Positions 19,853-29,093 of a stretch of 64,000 bases of DNA are shown in pieces. Each line of letters begins with the position of its first letter. The stretch's first letter is position 1. Position numbers and translations under genes: made by a program. The notes below the pieces were generated by a model. It was not told where the DNA came from, did no database searches, and saw only the letters and a list, made by a program, of their open reading frames with translations. This stretch comes from Candidatus Latescibacterota bacterium (lineage in GTDB: Bacteria > Latescibacterota > UBA2968): assembly GCA_965205975.1 (NCBI GenBank), contig OZ242195.1, positions 5,088,001-5,152,000 on the forward strand, written 5' to 3'.

Positions 19853-21016
19853 TTATCGCAGGCGGTACTCGATAGCCATGTTCAGGCTCTGAGTGGCGTC
19901 TTCACCGCGCGTTTTAGCGATAGTACCGGTGATATTGAGATTGATCTGATTTTCGATGAAGAAGATGAATCCCGACCGTACCTGTCCGACTAATATTGCA
20001 TCGATGTCTGGCTCGCTGCGCGTAGAAGTTATAATGTTGCTGAGCGTAAAATCGACGCGGTTGGTCACCTCATACAGATAGTTCAGCGACAGCGACAGCG
20101 TATAGATGTCGCCAAAATCGCCGGTAAATGGCGAGGTGTACTGAGCACTGATGTCGAACTGAGATTTCCAGCCCACGGGCCGTGAGTACCTGACTCGCAG
20201 GGACATCCCCGGGTCTTGACGAGGGGTGTCTGAGTCCTTCGTCACAGCTTCAAAGCGGATGCCTGTGCGCACATCCCAGCCGATAAAGCGCTCGTTCACA
20301 TGTTCCTGGAAGAGTACTTCATCGACGCGTAGCGTGCCGACAGCACCAAATCCTCCCTCAACAAACATTCCAGACTTGGCAATAACTTCCTCCATTGCCC
20401 TGAACCATCTGGGCTTGTAACGGTCGCCAAATTGGGTCTCGAACTCCCCACGGCGCTCGATCACCTGGGCGAGCGCGATCAGTGTCTCTTTGGACAGAGG
20501 CCCCTTAATGACGCCTTCGTCTATCAGGAATTGTTCAATACGCACAGCCTGGGCGAGCGGTGTAACGCGGATGAAGCGTCCGTATCCCACGCCCGGCGTA
20601 ACATCGATGGTCGGGCGGTCAAAGTCGCTGTTGCCAGTGACGAGAAGTTCGCCAGAATAAAAAAAATCACCTTCCGGATTGAAGTACTTCCTGATCCCTG
20701 GACCTGCCACGAAACTGTAGGAGCCTTCTTGCGTGCCGTCAGAAGTTCGACGTGTCAATCCGACGCCGTTTAAGTTGAGGTCCCAGGCGTAAGGCAGGGA
20801 GTTGTAATAGCGGTGGTACACCAGAGAAGCAGAGCCGTCGCTGGTTCCGGTGTTGCTTCCACTGCCAGCATAGGAATACGTGCCTCCGAGGCGTAGCTGT
20901 TGGGCTGTGCTCACGGGAACATCGTAGTCCTCTGGAGATACAGTCTGCGCTCGTAGTTGGGAAGGTGCGATGAAGGCGACGATGAGTAAAGCCAGAACTA
21001 TGCGTGTGTTTGTCAT
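19853..21016 (-). CDS. Putative outer-membrane beta-barrel protein with an internal helical insert
   Basis: Signal peptide, amphipathic beta-strands, C-terminal EYRLR, AAGGAG RBS. Confidence 0.6.
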   Translation of the reverse strand: MTNTRIVLALLIVAFIAPSQLRAQTVSPEDYDVPVSTAQQLRLGGTYSYAGSGSNTGTSDGSASLVYHRYYNSLPYAWDLNLNGVGLTRRTSDGTQEGSYSFVAGPGIRKYFNPEGDFFYSGELLVTGNSDFDRPTIDVTPGVGYGRFIRVTPLAQAVRIEQFLIDEGVIKGPLSKETLIALAQVIERRGEFETQFGDRYKPRWFRAMEEVIAKSGMFVEGGFGAVGTLRVDEVLFQEHVNERFIGWDVRTGIRFEAVTKDSDTPRQDPGMSLRVRYSRPVGWKSQFDISAQYTSPFTGDFGDIYTLSLSLNYLYEVTNRVDFTLSNIITSTRSEPDIDAILVGQVRSGFIFFIENQINLNITGTIAKTRGEDATQSLNMAIEYRLR

Positions 21017-21064
21017 TGTATCACTCCTTTGGTTAAGGTGGTATGTTGAATATCGAGAATAGTG

Positions 21065-22684
21065 TTACTCTTCCTTTGAGTCCGAAGAGCTGTCCTCGTT
21101 TACTTCTTCCAGCCTCTGTGTCCATTGCTCCATCTGTTTTTGCGCCAGGTCGCGCCCCCCCAGGCCGAACGCAATCGCGACGGCGATAGCTGCTGAACCG
21201 AGGATGAGTCCAAAGGCGAGGGTAATGATCTCGTTTGCGATACCCATCTGTCCGAGTGCCATAAAGAGAGACAGTGCTACGATCGCAACCCGGACGGTCG
21301 CACCGAGTATGCTGCCATAGACGCCTCCTTTTCTGGACGCGATGCGACCAAATACGGCCGCGAGGTAAAGCCCGAAACCGAAGATCACCGCGCCAAAGAC
21401 GACCTTGCCAAATAGCAGCGTCAGCGTCACGAACATGCCTGCCAGTTCCTCGAAGCCGAGTTGCGCGGTTGCCTCAATAGCCGAGAAGAGGAGGACAGCC
21501 ACCATGGCGAGATATCCCGCCAGTTGCGAAGGTGGACGATCCAACGCAAAGGTTGTCTCCACTGTTGAAGACGGGCTATTCCCCTCAGAGGTCGCCTCCG
21601 CGATGGAAGGCGATCGTTCCTCAGCAACGGTCACTTCCGCTATTCCGAAGCGTTGTAGCAGCGTGTTGAAGCCCATTTGCCTGAGCACGTCGTCAACCAC
21701 GCGGGATACTAATCGAGCTACCAAATACCCGATGAGGAGGATGCCTGCGGCGACCAGGATAGACGGCACTGCGGCCAATACCCCTGCCAGCATGGAACTG
21801 GCAGGATCGGAAATAGCCTCGAAGTTTAGCGATTCGAGGGCGGCGATCGCTGCGAATATCAAGATGACCGCATAAGACAATGTACCGGCAAGCCCCGAAA
21901 GACTTTCGATACCCAGTCCAGTTGCCAGTCCCATGCGACGACCAAAATTGTTTATCCCGGTGGCGTCGAGGACGTTGGTGATTATCTGCTGGACGATGCG
22001 CGCACCGAGCCAGCCGATTAGCATGATGAGGGCGGCGGCAAACAGGTTGGGCAGGAAACCGATGATTTTGGCCATCATCTGCTGTACTGGTTGTAGCAAT
22101 CCCTGCAAGCTCAGGACATCCAGGACCGCTGGAAGTAGCACGAGAAACGTGAGCCAGTACACCACGTTGCCGATTGTCTGCGGCAGTCCGCTCTCTGTTG
22201 CGGTCTCAAGCCCGGCTGGTTCAGCCAGGCGCTGCTCGATATTTGCTCGTGATAGCACGGCTATTACGATTCTTCGCAACAGACTACCCACGAGCCAGGC
22301 AATCAAAAGCAGCGCGGCAGCGCCCAACAGCTTGGGTAAGTAGATCAAAATTTGGCTCAGCATCGCGTTGAGGGGGACGGTCACTGTCGTCAGGTCGAGT
22401 ATCTGAAAGAAGGCAACGAGCACGAAGATCATCACCAGATAGAACACTGCCTTGCTGATCCAGCGTTCAACGTGGATGTTCGCAGCGGCGTCGCGGCCCA
22501 TGACCAGTTCGAGCAATCTGTCATCTACTTGCGTTTTGAGCAGAACTCGACGGACGACCCAGGACACCAGATGAGCCACTATCCATCCGAATACGAGGAT
22601 AGTAAAAGGTAAGATGATATGTGCAAAGGGTGAGAAGTATTGCTCCCACCATTCCCAACCTGCAAACATATTTGCTATTTCCAT
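21065..22684 (-). CDS. CmpX-like / MscS TM-helix-repeat membrane protein
   Basis: Repeated YLPKLLGAAALL / FLPNLFAAAL / VPSILVAAG units and C-terminal AVAIAFGLGGRD. Start moved to ATG 22684 (AAAGGA RBS, downstream of the sigma54 promoter). Confidence 0.85.
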   Translation of the reverse strand: MEIANMFAGWEWWEQYFSPFAHIILPFTILVFGWIVAHLVSWVVRRVLLKTQVDDRLLELVMGRDAAANIHVERWISKAVFYLVMIFVLVAFFQILDLTTVTVPLNAMLSQILIYLPKLLGAAALLLIAWLVGSLLRRIVIAVLSRANIEQRLAEPAGLETATESGLPQTIGNVVYWLTFLVLLPAVLDVLSLQGLLQPVQQMMAKIIGFLPNLFAAALIMLIGWLGARIVQQIITNVLDATGINNFGRRMGLATGLGIESLSGLAGTLSYAVILIFAAIAALESLNFEAISDPASSMLAGVLAAVPSILVAAGILLIGYLVARLVSRVVDDVLRQMGFNTLLQRFGIAEVTVAEERSPSIAEATSEGNSPSSTVETTFALDRPPSQLAGYLAMVAVLLFSAIEATAQLGFEELAGMFVTLTLLFGKVVFGAVIFGFGLYLAAVFGRIASRKGGVYGSILGATVRVAIVALSLFMALGQMGIANEIITLAFGLILGSAAIAVAIAFGLGGRDLAQKQMEQWTQRLEEVNEDSSSDSKEE

Positions 22685-22739
22685 GGCAATTCCTTTCTCC
22701 ATATTGAATGGTACCTTTTTTCCTGTCAGGCAAAATAGA

Positions 22740-22755
22740 AGCAAATCCCGTGCCA
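22740..22755 (-). promoter_or_regulatory. Sigma54 -24/-12 promoter
   Basis: Minus strand TGGCACGGGATTTGCT, a perfect consensus match. Confidence 0.88.
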
Positions 22756-22837
22756 CTCTTAGAGTCGCCCAATTTGGTGATTATTACATCGTGTTGTACG
22801 ATACCGGGACCGGAGCTTGACCATCGGAGTCGTGACT

Positions 22838-22884
22838 GCGACATTGTGACTGCGACATTTTGTCGTTACCAGTCATTTTGACGT
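22838..22884. promoter_or_regulatory. Upstream activator sites (GCGACA-N3-TGTCG family)
   Basis: GCGACATTGTGACTG, GCGACATTTTGTCGT and CAGTCATTTTGACGT. Confidence 0.65.
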
Positions 22885-22982
22885 AGTGCATAACATGAAC
22901 AGGTTGTATTCCACATAGTAATGATGTAACTTTATTTCATCTCGCTTAATAATTTCAATTTTGATAGAGGTTCATACTACCG

Positions 22983-24395
22983 ATGCAGGCATTTTCCAGT
23001 CCAATCGCTTATACGCCTTTTCATGGCAGCGTGTTTGTTGCCGATAGCAACCCGAAAAATCTGGCAAACGTGACCAAAATTTTGCGGGAGAACGGTTGTG
23101 ATGAAGTTGTCGGAGCGACTGATGGCACCGTTGCAGAGCAGTTGCTCAAAACGCAGTCTCTGGATGTGGCGATCATAGATATCAACATGCCGGGTGGTAT
23201 GCAGTTGCTGAACATAGCTATCACACTGACGCCACCGCTGCCGGTAGTTATCTTCACCTCTTATGCGACTGTAAAACAAGCGGTACAGGCCCTGCGGCTG
23301 GGTGCCGTTGATTATGTGGTCAAACCAGTTGATGCCAGCGATCTGCTGACTGCCGTACATCGTGCGCTTGAACGCAAGCGGGTATTTGACCACGTTTCAG
23401 ATAAACGGGTGGAGGCGAGGACGGAATTCGGCGAATTGCTGGGGACCTCTAATGCGATGGAGGTGGTGTTTAATCAGATCCGCCGTGCGGCACCGTTCAA
23501 ATCGACGGTTCTCATCACGGGCGAAAGCGGTACTGGCAAAGAGCTGGTGGCAAGTGCTATTCACTCTCTCAGTGCCGTGAGCAATGGGCCGTTTGTTGCC
23601 ATCAACTGCTCGGCTCTGCCGGTGGGATTGGCTGATAGTGAGTTATTTGGACATGAGAAAGGTTCTTTTACCGGGGCCACACAGGACCGACAGGGGCTTT
23701 TTGAAGCAGCCCAGGGGGGGACTCTCTTCCTCGACGAAATAGGGGACTTAGATATGCAGGTGCAGACGAAATTATTGCGCGTGCTTGAGGAACAAAAAGT
23801 CCGACATGTAGGAGCGAGCCAATTTATCGATGTCAACGTGCGTGTTGTCGCGGCTTCAAATGTGGATCTGACGACGGCGGTCAAAATGGGACGATTTCGG
23901 GAAGACCTGTATTACCGCCTCAACGTCATTCATATTTCCGTCCCATCTCTCAGAGCGCGGAAGTCGGATATCCCTTTGCTGGTGCGGGTTTTTGCCGAGC
24001 GTTTCGCAGATCAGAACGGGATCGCTCCCGTTGAAATAGCGGATCGGTGTCTTGACCGTATGGCTGAATACGGCTGGCCGGGAAATGTCAGGGAACTAAA
24101 GAACATGGTGGAGCGTCTGGTGATCTATGCCTCAGACGGAAACAGGGCAATTGGAGAGAAAGACATCGAGTCCATTTTGCCAATGGATGATAGAACCACT
24201 TCCCTAAAAGATTCAGAATCTCAGAAATCGGATTTCGTGCCGAGGAGGCTGGACGAAGCAGAAAGGAAGATGATTTTGGATACGCTCAAGCATACCGGCG
24301 GAAATCGCACTCAGAGCGCCGACATTTTGGGTATCAGTGTGCGAACGCTGCAGCGGAAAATCACAGAGTACGGCGTTACGTCTCAGAAAACCTGA
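22983..24395 (+). CDS. NtrC/AtoC-type sigma54 response regulator (REC-AAA+-Fis)
   Basis: REC domain DVAIIDINMPG..KPVD, GESGTGKE, GSFTGA, WPGNVREL, GNRTQSADILGISVRTLQRK. Confidence 0.93.
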   Translation: MQAFSSPIAYTPFHGSVFVADSNPKNLANVTKILRENGCDEVVGATDGTVAEQLLKTQSLDVAIIDINMPGGMQLLNIAITLTPPLPVVIFTSYATVKQAVQALRLGAVDYVVKPVDASDLLTAVHRALERKRVFDHVSDKRVEARTEFGELLGTSNAMEVVFNQIRRAAPFKSTVLITGESGTGKELVASAIHSLSAVSNGPFVAINCSALPVGLADSELFGHEKGSFTGATQDRQGLFEAAQGGTLFLDEIGDLDMQVQTKLLRVLEEQKVRHVGASQFIDVNVRVVAASNVDLTTAVKMGRFREDLYYRLNVIHISVPSLRARKSDIPLLVRVFAERFADQNGIAPVEIADRCLDRMAEYGWPGNVRELKNMVERLVIYASDGNRAIGEKDIESILPMDDRTTSLKDSESQKSDFVPRRLDEAERKMILDTLKHTGGNRTQSADILGISVRTLQRKITEYGVTSQKT

Positions 24396-24426
24396 ACCAT
24401 TATTATTGTCCGTTTGTACATTATTC

Positions 24427-24459
24427 ACGACATAATGTCGCTGTGAGACATTATGTCGC
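24427..24459. promoter_or_regulatory. Tandem palindromic activator sites
   Basis: ACGACATAATGTCGC and GAGACATTATGTCGC. Confidence 0.65.
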
Positions 24460-24571
24460 CTGATCGCGTAATTTGCATTCTACTTTCAATGGCTTACGAT
24501 ATCAATACCGGCTGGGTTAAAGACATCGCGTTGGATGAGTTGGCACTGAAGTTCTTGGGCAAGGAGGGCGC

Positions 24572-26755
24572 ATGAGCGTGGTGCAGCAGCGGGGTATTTA
24601 TTGTGTCCTCGCTTGTTTTTTGTTCGCTTCTTCATTATGTGCTGAAGATATACGGCTTACGGTGATTCACAGCAACGATGTATCCGGGCAATTGACGCGG
24701 CGCGGAGATCGCGGTGGGATGGCTGCGCGCGTGGAGTTGATTCGCAAATTGCAGACTTCTGAGCCAGCGATTGTTCTGGATGCGGGGGATGCTCTGGGAC
24801 CCAATGCGATGTCGCGGTTTGACGGGGGGGCAACGATGTGCGCGGCGATGAATCGCGCGAATTATGCGGCTATGACGGTAGGGAATCACGATCTGTCTTT
24901 GGGGTGGGATGTTTTGGAAGCGCGGCAAAAGGAAATTGATTTTCCGATGCTGGCGGCGAATCTCGTGCGAAAAGATGGTGGAAAGCCTCCTTTGCCGGGT
25001 TATACACTGGTAAAGGTCGGCGATGTTCAGGTGGGGATTATCGGTGTGTTGGGTCGAGAGGTTGCAGATAAAATTGACCCGGGTCATCTGTCGGGTTTGA
25101 GGGTTGGCGATCCCGTCAAAGTTGTGGATTCATTGGCCGTGGTGTTGCGCGGTAAAAAGGCGCAGTGCGTTATTGTTTTGGCGCATATGGATGAAACGAG
25201 TGCTTTGAATTTTGCTCGCGGGGTTGAGGGGGTAGATCTGGTTGTCGCTGGTGGATTTAGCGATCTGGATCGCGGTTTACAGGTGCCGGGTCTGATCCGT
25301 CTGGTGAATGGTTTGACGCTGGTCGTTACGCCGAGCAATGGGATATCTGTTGGCCGCGTTGTGCTCCATCTTTCGCCGGATACTCAAGGCAATATGAAGG
25401 TGGTGGATGTTTCGACAGAGCAGATTCCGGTGGATCGATCAGTGGCGCGTGACTCGGAGACAGAGCGGTTGGTCAACGATCTCAGGCAAAGATACGAACA
25501 GGTCGCGAATCAGAGGATAGGTCGGATTGTGGGAAAGACATATCGGGATCAAGGGCATGTTGTTGCAGGGGTGATGCGGCGATATTTGGATGGCGAGGTG
25601 GGCATTATCAATCGGGGAGGATTGGGGCTTGTGCCTTCAAATCGTGTGCTCAAAGTGGGTCATATCGATCATTTGATCCCTTTTGATGACCGTCTGGTGA
25701 AGATGAGACTGACGGGGGCGCAACTTTTGAGTATTGTCAAACGCAGTCAGGATACGCTGGGGGAAGATGCACAGTTGATTTTTTCCGGTTTGGAAAAAAA
25801 TACAATTAATGGGCGTCCCATTCAAAAGAATGAATTGTATCGCGTTGCAGTTGTCGAGTTTTTGGCTAATGGCGGCGATGGATATGGCGAATTTCGCAGG
25901 GGAACAGAGGTCGTTTTTACGGGTATGCCGCTCCGACAAATGGTCGTTTATGCGCTGCGAGATACGCAGGCTGTGCTGGTTCCTCGCGAGTTTGCCACTC
26001 TGAGATCAGATGGCATTTGGCACCTGAATTGGGCTGTTAAGGGCGCGTTTAATCGCAACTATATCGATGGTACAACACTTGCATATCGCGAACAGAAAGA
26101 GCGCGTGTCATTTCTCAGTGGTAAGACCAGTCTGGCTTGGAATACGACGATGAATTTGATGGTTGTAAGAGATATGGGGAAACAAGTGCTTACGCTTGAG
26201 CAAAGTCTGGCGATTGGGCAAGTTGGAACGACGTTTGACGATTTAACGCGATCGAGAGATCAATTGGAAACAGATTTGATATATCGCTATCGCACGCAAT
26301 CTGTGGCTGATCCTTTTGTTTTGGCAGGGTACAGCACCGCGTTGAGCCGAATAGATGGGCAACGGCCCAGACTTCTGCGCGGTAGCATGGGGTTGCAGCG
26401 GCGTTTTGGGCGGACATTGACCGTTAGGTTAGGTGCTCGCGCACAGCGCGATCTGGCGGTTGACGCAACGGATCTGGGGTTGGTAGTGGGGTTGAACTAT
26501 CGGCGGTCATTGGGTAGCGGAAATTTTCGTTCGCGGGTGCGCAGCTTTACGGGGTTTACAGACCGGCATGTGGTGTCTTTAGAGAATTATAATTCGCTTA
26601 CTTTTCCATTGATTGGCGCGTTGAGTTTGTCTGTACAGCAGAACAATTTTTTGTATCGCGTCAATGAAATTCGCAATACGCCTGTTGATGGTATTGCCAA
26701 TCGGTGGGATCTGACGCTCGGTCTGGTTTATGATTTGGGGTGGAAGTGGTATTGA
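24572..26755 (+). CDS. Metallophosphatase/5'-nucleotidase-like protein fused to a C-terminal beta-barrel-like domain
   Basis: HSND, LDAGDA, GNHD, INRGG, PFDD, FLANGGDGY; the last ~245 aa are beta-strand-rich and end in WKWY. Confidence 0.8.
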   Translation: MSVVQQRGIYCVLACFLFASSLCAEDIRLTVIHSNDVSGQLTRRGDRGGMAARVELIRKLQTSEPAIVLDAGDALGPNAMSRFDGGATMCAAMNRANYAAMTVGNHDLSLGWDVLEARQKEIDFPMLAANLVRKDGGKPPLPGYTLVKVGDVQVGIIGVLGREVADKIDPGHLSGLRVGDPVKVVDSLAVVLRGKKAQCVIVLAHMDETSALNFARGVEGVDLVVAGGFSDLDRGLQVPGLIRLVNGLTLVVTPSNGISVGRVVLHLSPDTQGNMKVVDVSTEQIPVDRSVARDSETERLVNDLRQRYEQVANQRIGRIVGKTYRDQGHVVAGVMRRYLDGEVGIINRGGLGLVPSNRVLKVGHIDHLIPFDDRLVKMRLTGAQLLSIVKRSQDTLGEDAQLIFSGLEKNTINGRPIQKNELYRVAVVEFLANGGDGYGEFRRGTEVVFTGMPLRQMVVYALRDTQAVLVPREFATLRSDGIWHLNWAVKGAFNRNYIDGTTLAYREQKERVSFLSGKTSLAWNTTMNLMVVRDMGKQVLTLEQSLAIGQVGTTFDDLTRSRDQLETDLIYRYRTQSVADPFVLAGYSTALSRIDGQRPRLLRGSMGLQRRFGRTLTVRLGARAQRDLAVDATDLGLVVGLNYRRSLGSGNFRSRVRSFTGFTDRHVVSLENYNSLTFPLIGALSLSVQQNNFLYRVNEIRNTPVDGIANRWDLTLGLVYDLGWKWY

Positions 26756-26785
26756 GATCGAGCGTAACTATGTTGGTTTACCTTA

Positions 26786-27073
26786 TCAAACAAGCTCAAA
26801 TTTGCGAACCCGAATGTCGCTTGTTTTTGTTTTTATTTGAGCCAGATCATAATTCATTTGCTGACGCAACCAGCTTTCTGCACTGCCACCAAAAGCCTTC
26901 GAGAGACGCACTGCCATTTCCGTGGAAATGCCATTGTGTCCGTGAATCAGTCGAGACAAACTCGTGCGGGTTACACCCAATCCTTCGGCAGCTTCTGTAA
27001 TTGACAGGCCAAGCGGCTCGAGGCATTCTTCCAGAATAAATTTACCGGGATGAGGAGGATTCTTCATGGGCAT
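26786..27073 (-). CDS. higA: HigA family antitoxin
   Basis: [50 protein letters not shown]. Confidence 0.93.
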   Translation of the reverse strand: MPMKNPPHPGKFILEECLEPLGLSITEAAEGLGVTRTSLSRLIHGHNGISTEMAVRLSKAFGGSAESWLRQQMNYDLAQIKTKTSDIRVRKFELV

Positions 27074-27085
27074 GATATTCTCCTT

Positions 27086-27337
27086 CTAATGATAGTCTTC
27101 ATAATTGACATCGGCTACATCTGATTGTTCAAAGCGGAAGGTGACGCGCCAGTTTGCACGCACTGTGACGGCCCATAAGCCAGACCGATTTCCCCTGAGT
27201 GGATGTAAACGAAAACCAGGGAAATTCATATCTACTGGATTTTCGGCCACTTCGAGCCGTGCCAAAATATTTTTTAACTTACTCACATGTTCCGGATTCA
27301 CACCACGCGAGTCGTCTCTTTCATAGAGCCGTCTCAA
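27086..27337 (-). CDS. higB: HigB/RelE family toxin, N-terminus possibly frameshifted
   Basis: PGFRLHPLRG..WAVTVRANWRVTFRF..VNYEDYH. Confidence 0.85.
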   Translation of the reverse strand: MRRLYERDDSRGVNPEHVSKLKNILARLEVAENPVDMNFPGFRLHPLRGNRSGLWAVTVRANWRVTFRFEQSDVADVNYEDYH

Positions 27338-27464
27338 TCCCCGATGTCTAAAATATCAAATGCTATTCCCTAAAATTCTAAATTCTAACAGATAATATAA
27401 CACCTGTCAATGCTAATGAAACGACATAAGTTTGTGAATGTGTGTATCCTTTAATGGTATTTCC

Positions 27465-28736
27465 ATGTTAAAAAATAAAAAAAATAGACGCCCTGTTGCG
27501 GGTGCATTGATGGTTGGATTTGCAGCGAGTTTTTTGTTGTGTGGTTATGAGTTTGTGCGGAGTGTATCCACGTCGTTGTTCATTGGCGCGTATGGGGCGC
27601 ACAATTTGCCTTTTGTGATGACGCTGGCGCCTCTGGGTACGTTCGGTATGGTTTGGATGTACGGGGTGTTGTTGTCGCGGTTTGGGTCGCGGCAGACTTT
27701 GTTTTTGACGTCGGTGCTTTCGGGTGGGGGTATTCTGGCGTGTTATGGGGGGATTTTATCTGGTTTTCATCCGGCGGTAGGGGTGTTATATGTGCTGCGC
27801 GAAGCGTATATTGTGCTGATTATTGAACAGTACTGGTCGTTTATCAATAGCGTCTTGCGCGATGATCAGGGGCGAAAGTACAATGGGCCGATCTGTGGTA
27901 TTGCGTCGGTGGGTGCGATTTGTGGGGGTTTGATTGTAGGACAAACGGCGCAGGTGATAGGCAGTGAACATCTGCTGATTTTTGCAGGGTTATCGCTTTT
28001 GCCAGCAGCCGTTCTGGCGTGGTGGGCGTATGGTCTTGGAGGGGTGCCAGTTCAGGAGCCGGAAAAGCGGGGTAAGCTGGCATTGGGTTTGTTTCGGGAA
28101 ACTCCGACTTTGCGCTATCTCGCGGGTTTGATTTTTGTCACGCAGATGGTGTCGGCAGTGCTGGATCTGCGGTTCAGTGGGCTGGTGGAAACGGCTTTGC
28201 CGATGCAGGATGAACGCACCGCTTATTTGGGGTATTTTTATGCGTTGTTGAATGCCTGTGCATTTGTGTTTCAGTTTGGCGTTGCGCCCCTGTTGTTGCA
28301 CTTTGTGTCGTTGCGAACTGCTCATCTCGGTATTCCGGTGGTTCATTTGATAACGTGTGGGGTGTTGTTGGCATATCCGACTCTGACCACTGGTGCATTG
28401 GCCTATCTGGTGTTTAAGACACTGGATTATTCGGTGTTTCGGGCAGCAAAAGAACTGCTCTATATTCCGCTTTCGTTTGATGCGAGGTACCGGGCAAAAG
28501 AAGTGATCGATGCGTTTGGTTATCGCGCGTCAAAGGGGATGACTTCGGGTTTGATTGCACTGGCGGGGATTATTTCTTACAGGGTTTTCAATATTGGGCG
28601 GTTGCCGGGATCAGTATATCCGCTTGTGGCTTTGGGCGCGTTGGGTGTATGGAGCTGGATCGCGTGGGCAATTACAAGATCGGAGGATGATAGGGGCAGG
28701 CGACTACGGGTTTCAGAGGAAGTTGCCGATTTGTAG
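27465..28736 (+). CDS. NTT/TLC (Npt1-like) MFS-type transporter
   Basis: YEFVRSVS.SLF, YWSFINSV, DYSVFRAAKELLYIPLS..RYRAKEVIDAFGYR; many TM segments. Alternative start at 27438. Confidence 0.75.
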   Translation: MLKNKKNRRPVAGALMVGFAASFLLCGYEFVRSVSTSLFIGAYGAHNLPFVMTLAPLGTFGMVWMYGVLLSRFGSRQTLFLTSVLSGGGILACYGGILSGFHPAVGVLYVLREAYIVLIIEQYWSFINSVLRDDQGRKYNGPICGIASVGAICGGLIVGQTAQVIGSEHLLIFAGLSLLPAAVLAWWAYGLGGVPVQEPEKRGKLALGLFRETPTLRYLAGLIFVTQMVSAVLDLRFSGLVETALPMQDERTAYLGYFYALLNACAFVFQFGVAPLLLHFVSLRTAHLGIPVVHLITCGVLLAYPTLTTGALAYLVFKTLDYSVFRAAKELLYIPLSFDARYRAKEVIDAFGYRASKGMTSGLIALAGIISYRVFNIGRLPGSVYPLVALGALGVWSWIAWAITRSEDDRGRRLRVSEEVADL

Positions 28737-28739
28737 AGC

Positions 28740-28768
28740 TTGACACAAAATGTCAAAACCTCTATTTT
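28740..28768 (+). promoter_or_regulatory. Sigma70-type promoter upstream of the ileS leader
   Basis: TTGACA-17 bp-TATTTT. Confidence 0.55.
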
Positions 28769-28798
28769 TAACCGCGCTGATAGGAAAAGGATAAAAAT

Positions 28799-28936
28799 AT
28801 GACTACAACCCATCAAACATCTCCACAACTGAAAAAGGGTCCTGCCCAGGTGACAGGTTATCTGACACCGGGCAGTGCCATTGGGGTTATACGTATATAT
28901 GCCGCGGAGACGCTTGTGGGGTGTTGTTTGTCGTAA
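28799..28936 (+). CDS. Putative ileS leader peptide (45 aa)
   Basis: AGGA RBS, ATG..TAA; the only Ile codons cluster as ATT GGG GTT ATA CGT ATA. Confidence 0.5.
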   Translation: MTTTHQTSPQLKKGPAQVTGYLTPGSAIGVIRIYAAETLVGCCLS

Positions 28937-28959
28937 GCTATATACTTTTTGTATGACAC

Positions 28960-28993
28960 ACCGCCAGGGGCGTTTGCCGTGGCGGTTTTTTTT
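28960..28993 (+). terminator. Attenuator-type terminator upstream of ileS
   Basis: ACCGCCA-GGGGC-GTTT-GCCG-TGGCGGT followed by a T run. Confidence 0.75.
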
Positions 28994-29043
28994 GCAGTAA
29001 TTTGGGGCGGCATTTAACCTGATGGGTGGTGGGGTTGGGGGTA

Positions 29044-29083
29044 TCCTGTTCATCCTTCCATCCTGCCCATCCTGATCCTGACA
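29044..29083. repeat. ATCCT-type short tandem repeat
   Basis: atcctgttc atccttcc atcctgccc atcctg atcctg, just before the ileS RBS. Confidence 0.55.
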
Positions 29084-29093
29084 GGAGTTTTTA

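Noticed and set aside
22685..22756. N-terminal extension of the CmpX-like ORF
   Set aside because: It overlaps the sigma54 promoter; the RBS supports ATG 22684.
28740..28756. TTGACA-N5-TGTCAA as another copy of the activator operator
   Set aside because: The spacing differs (N5 versus N3), it is single-copy, and it coincides with a -35 box.
28770..29000. T-box riboswitch upstream of ileS
   Set aside because: No GGTGGNACC T-box motif or recognisable stem I; a leader-peptide model fits better.
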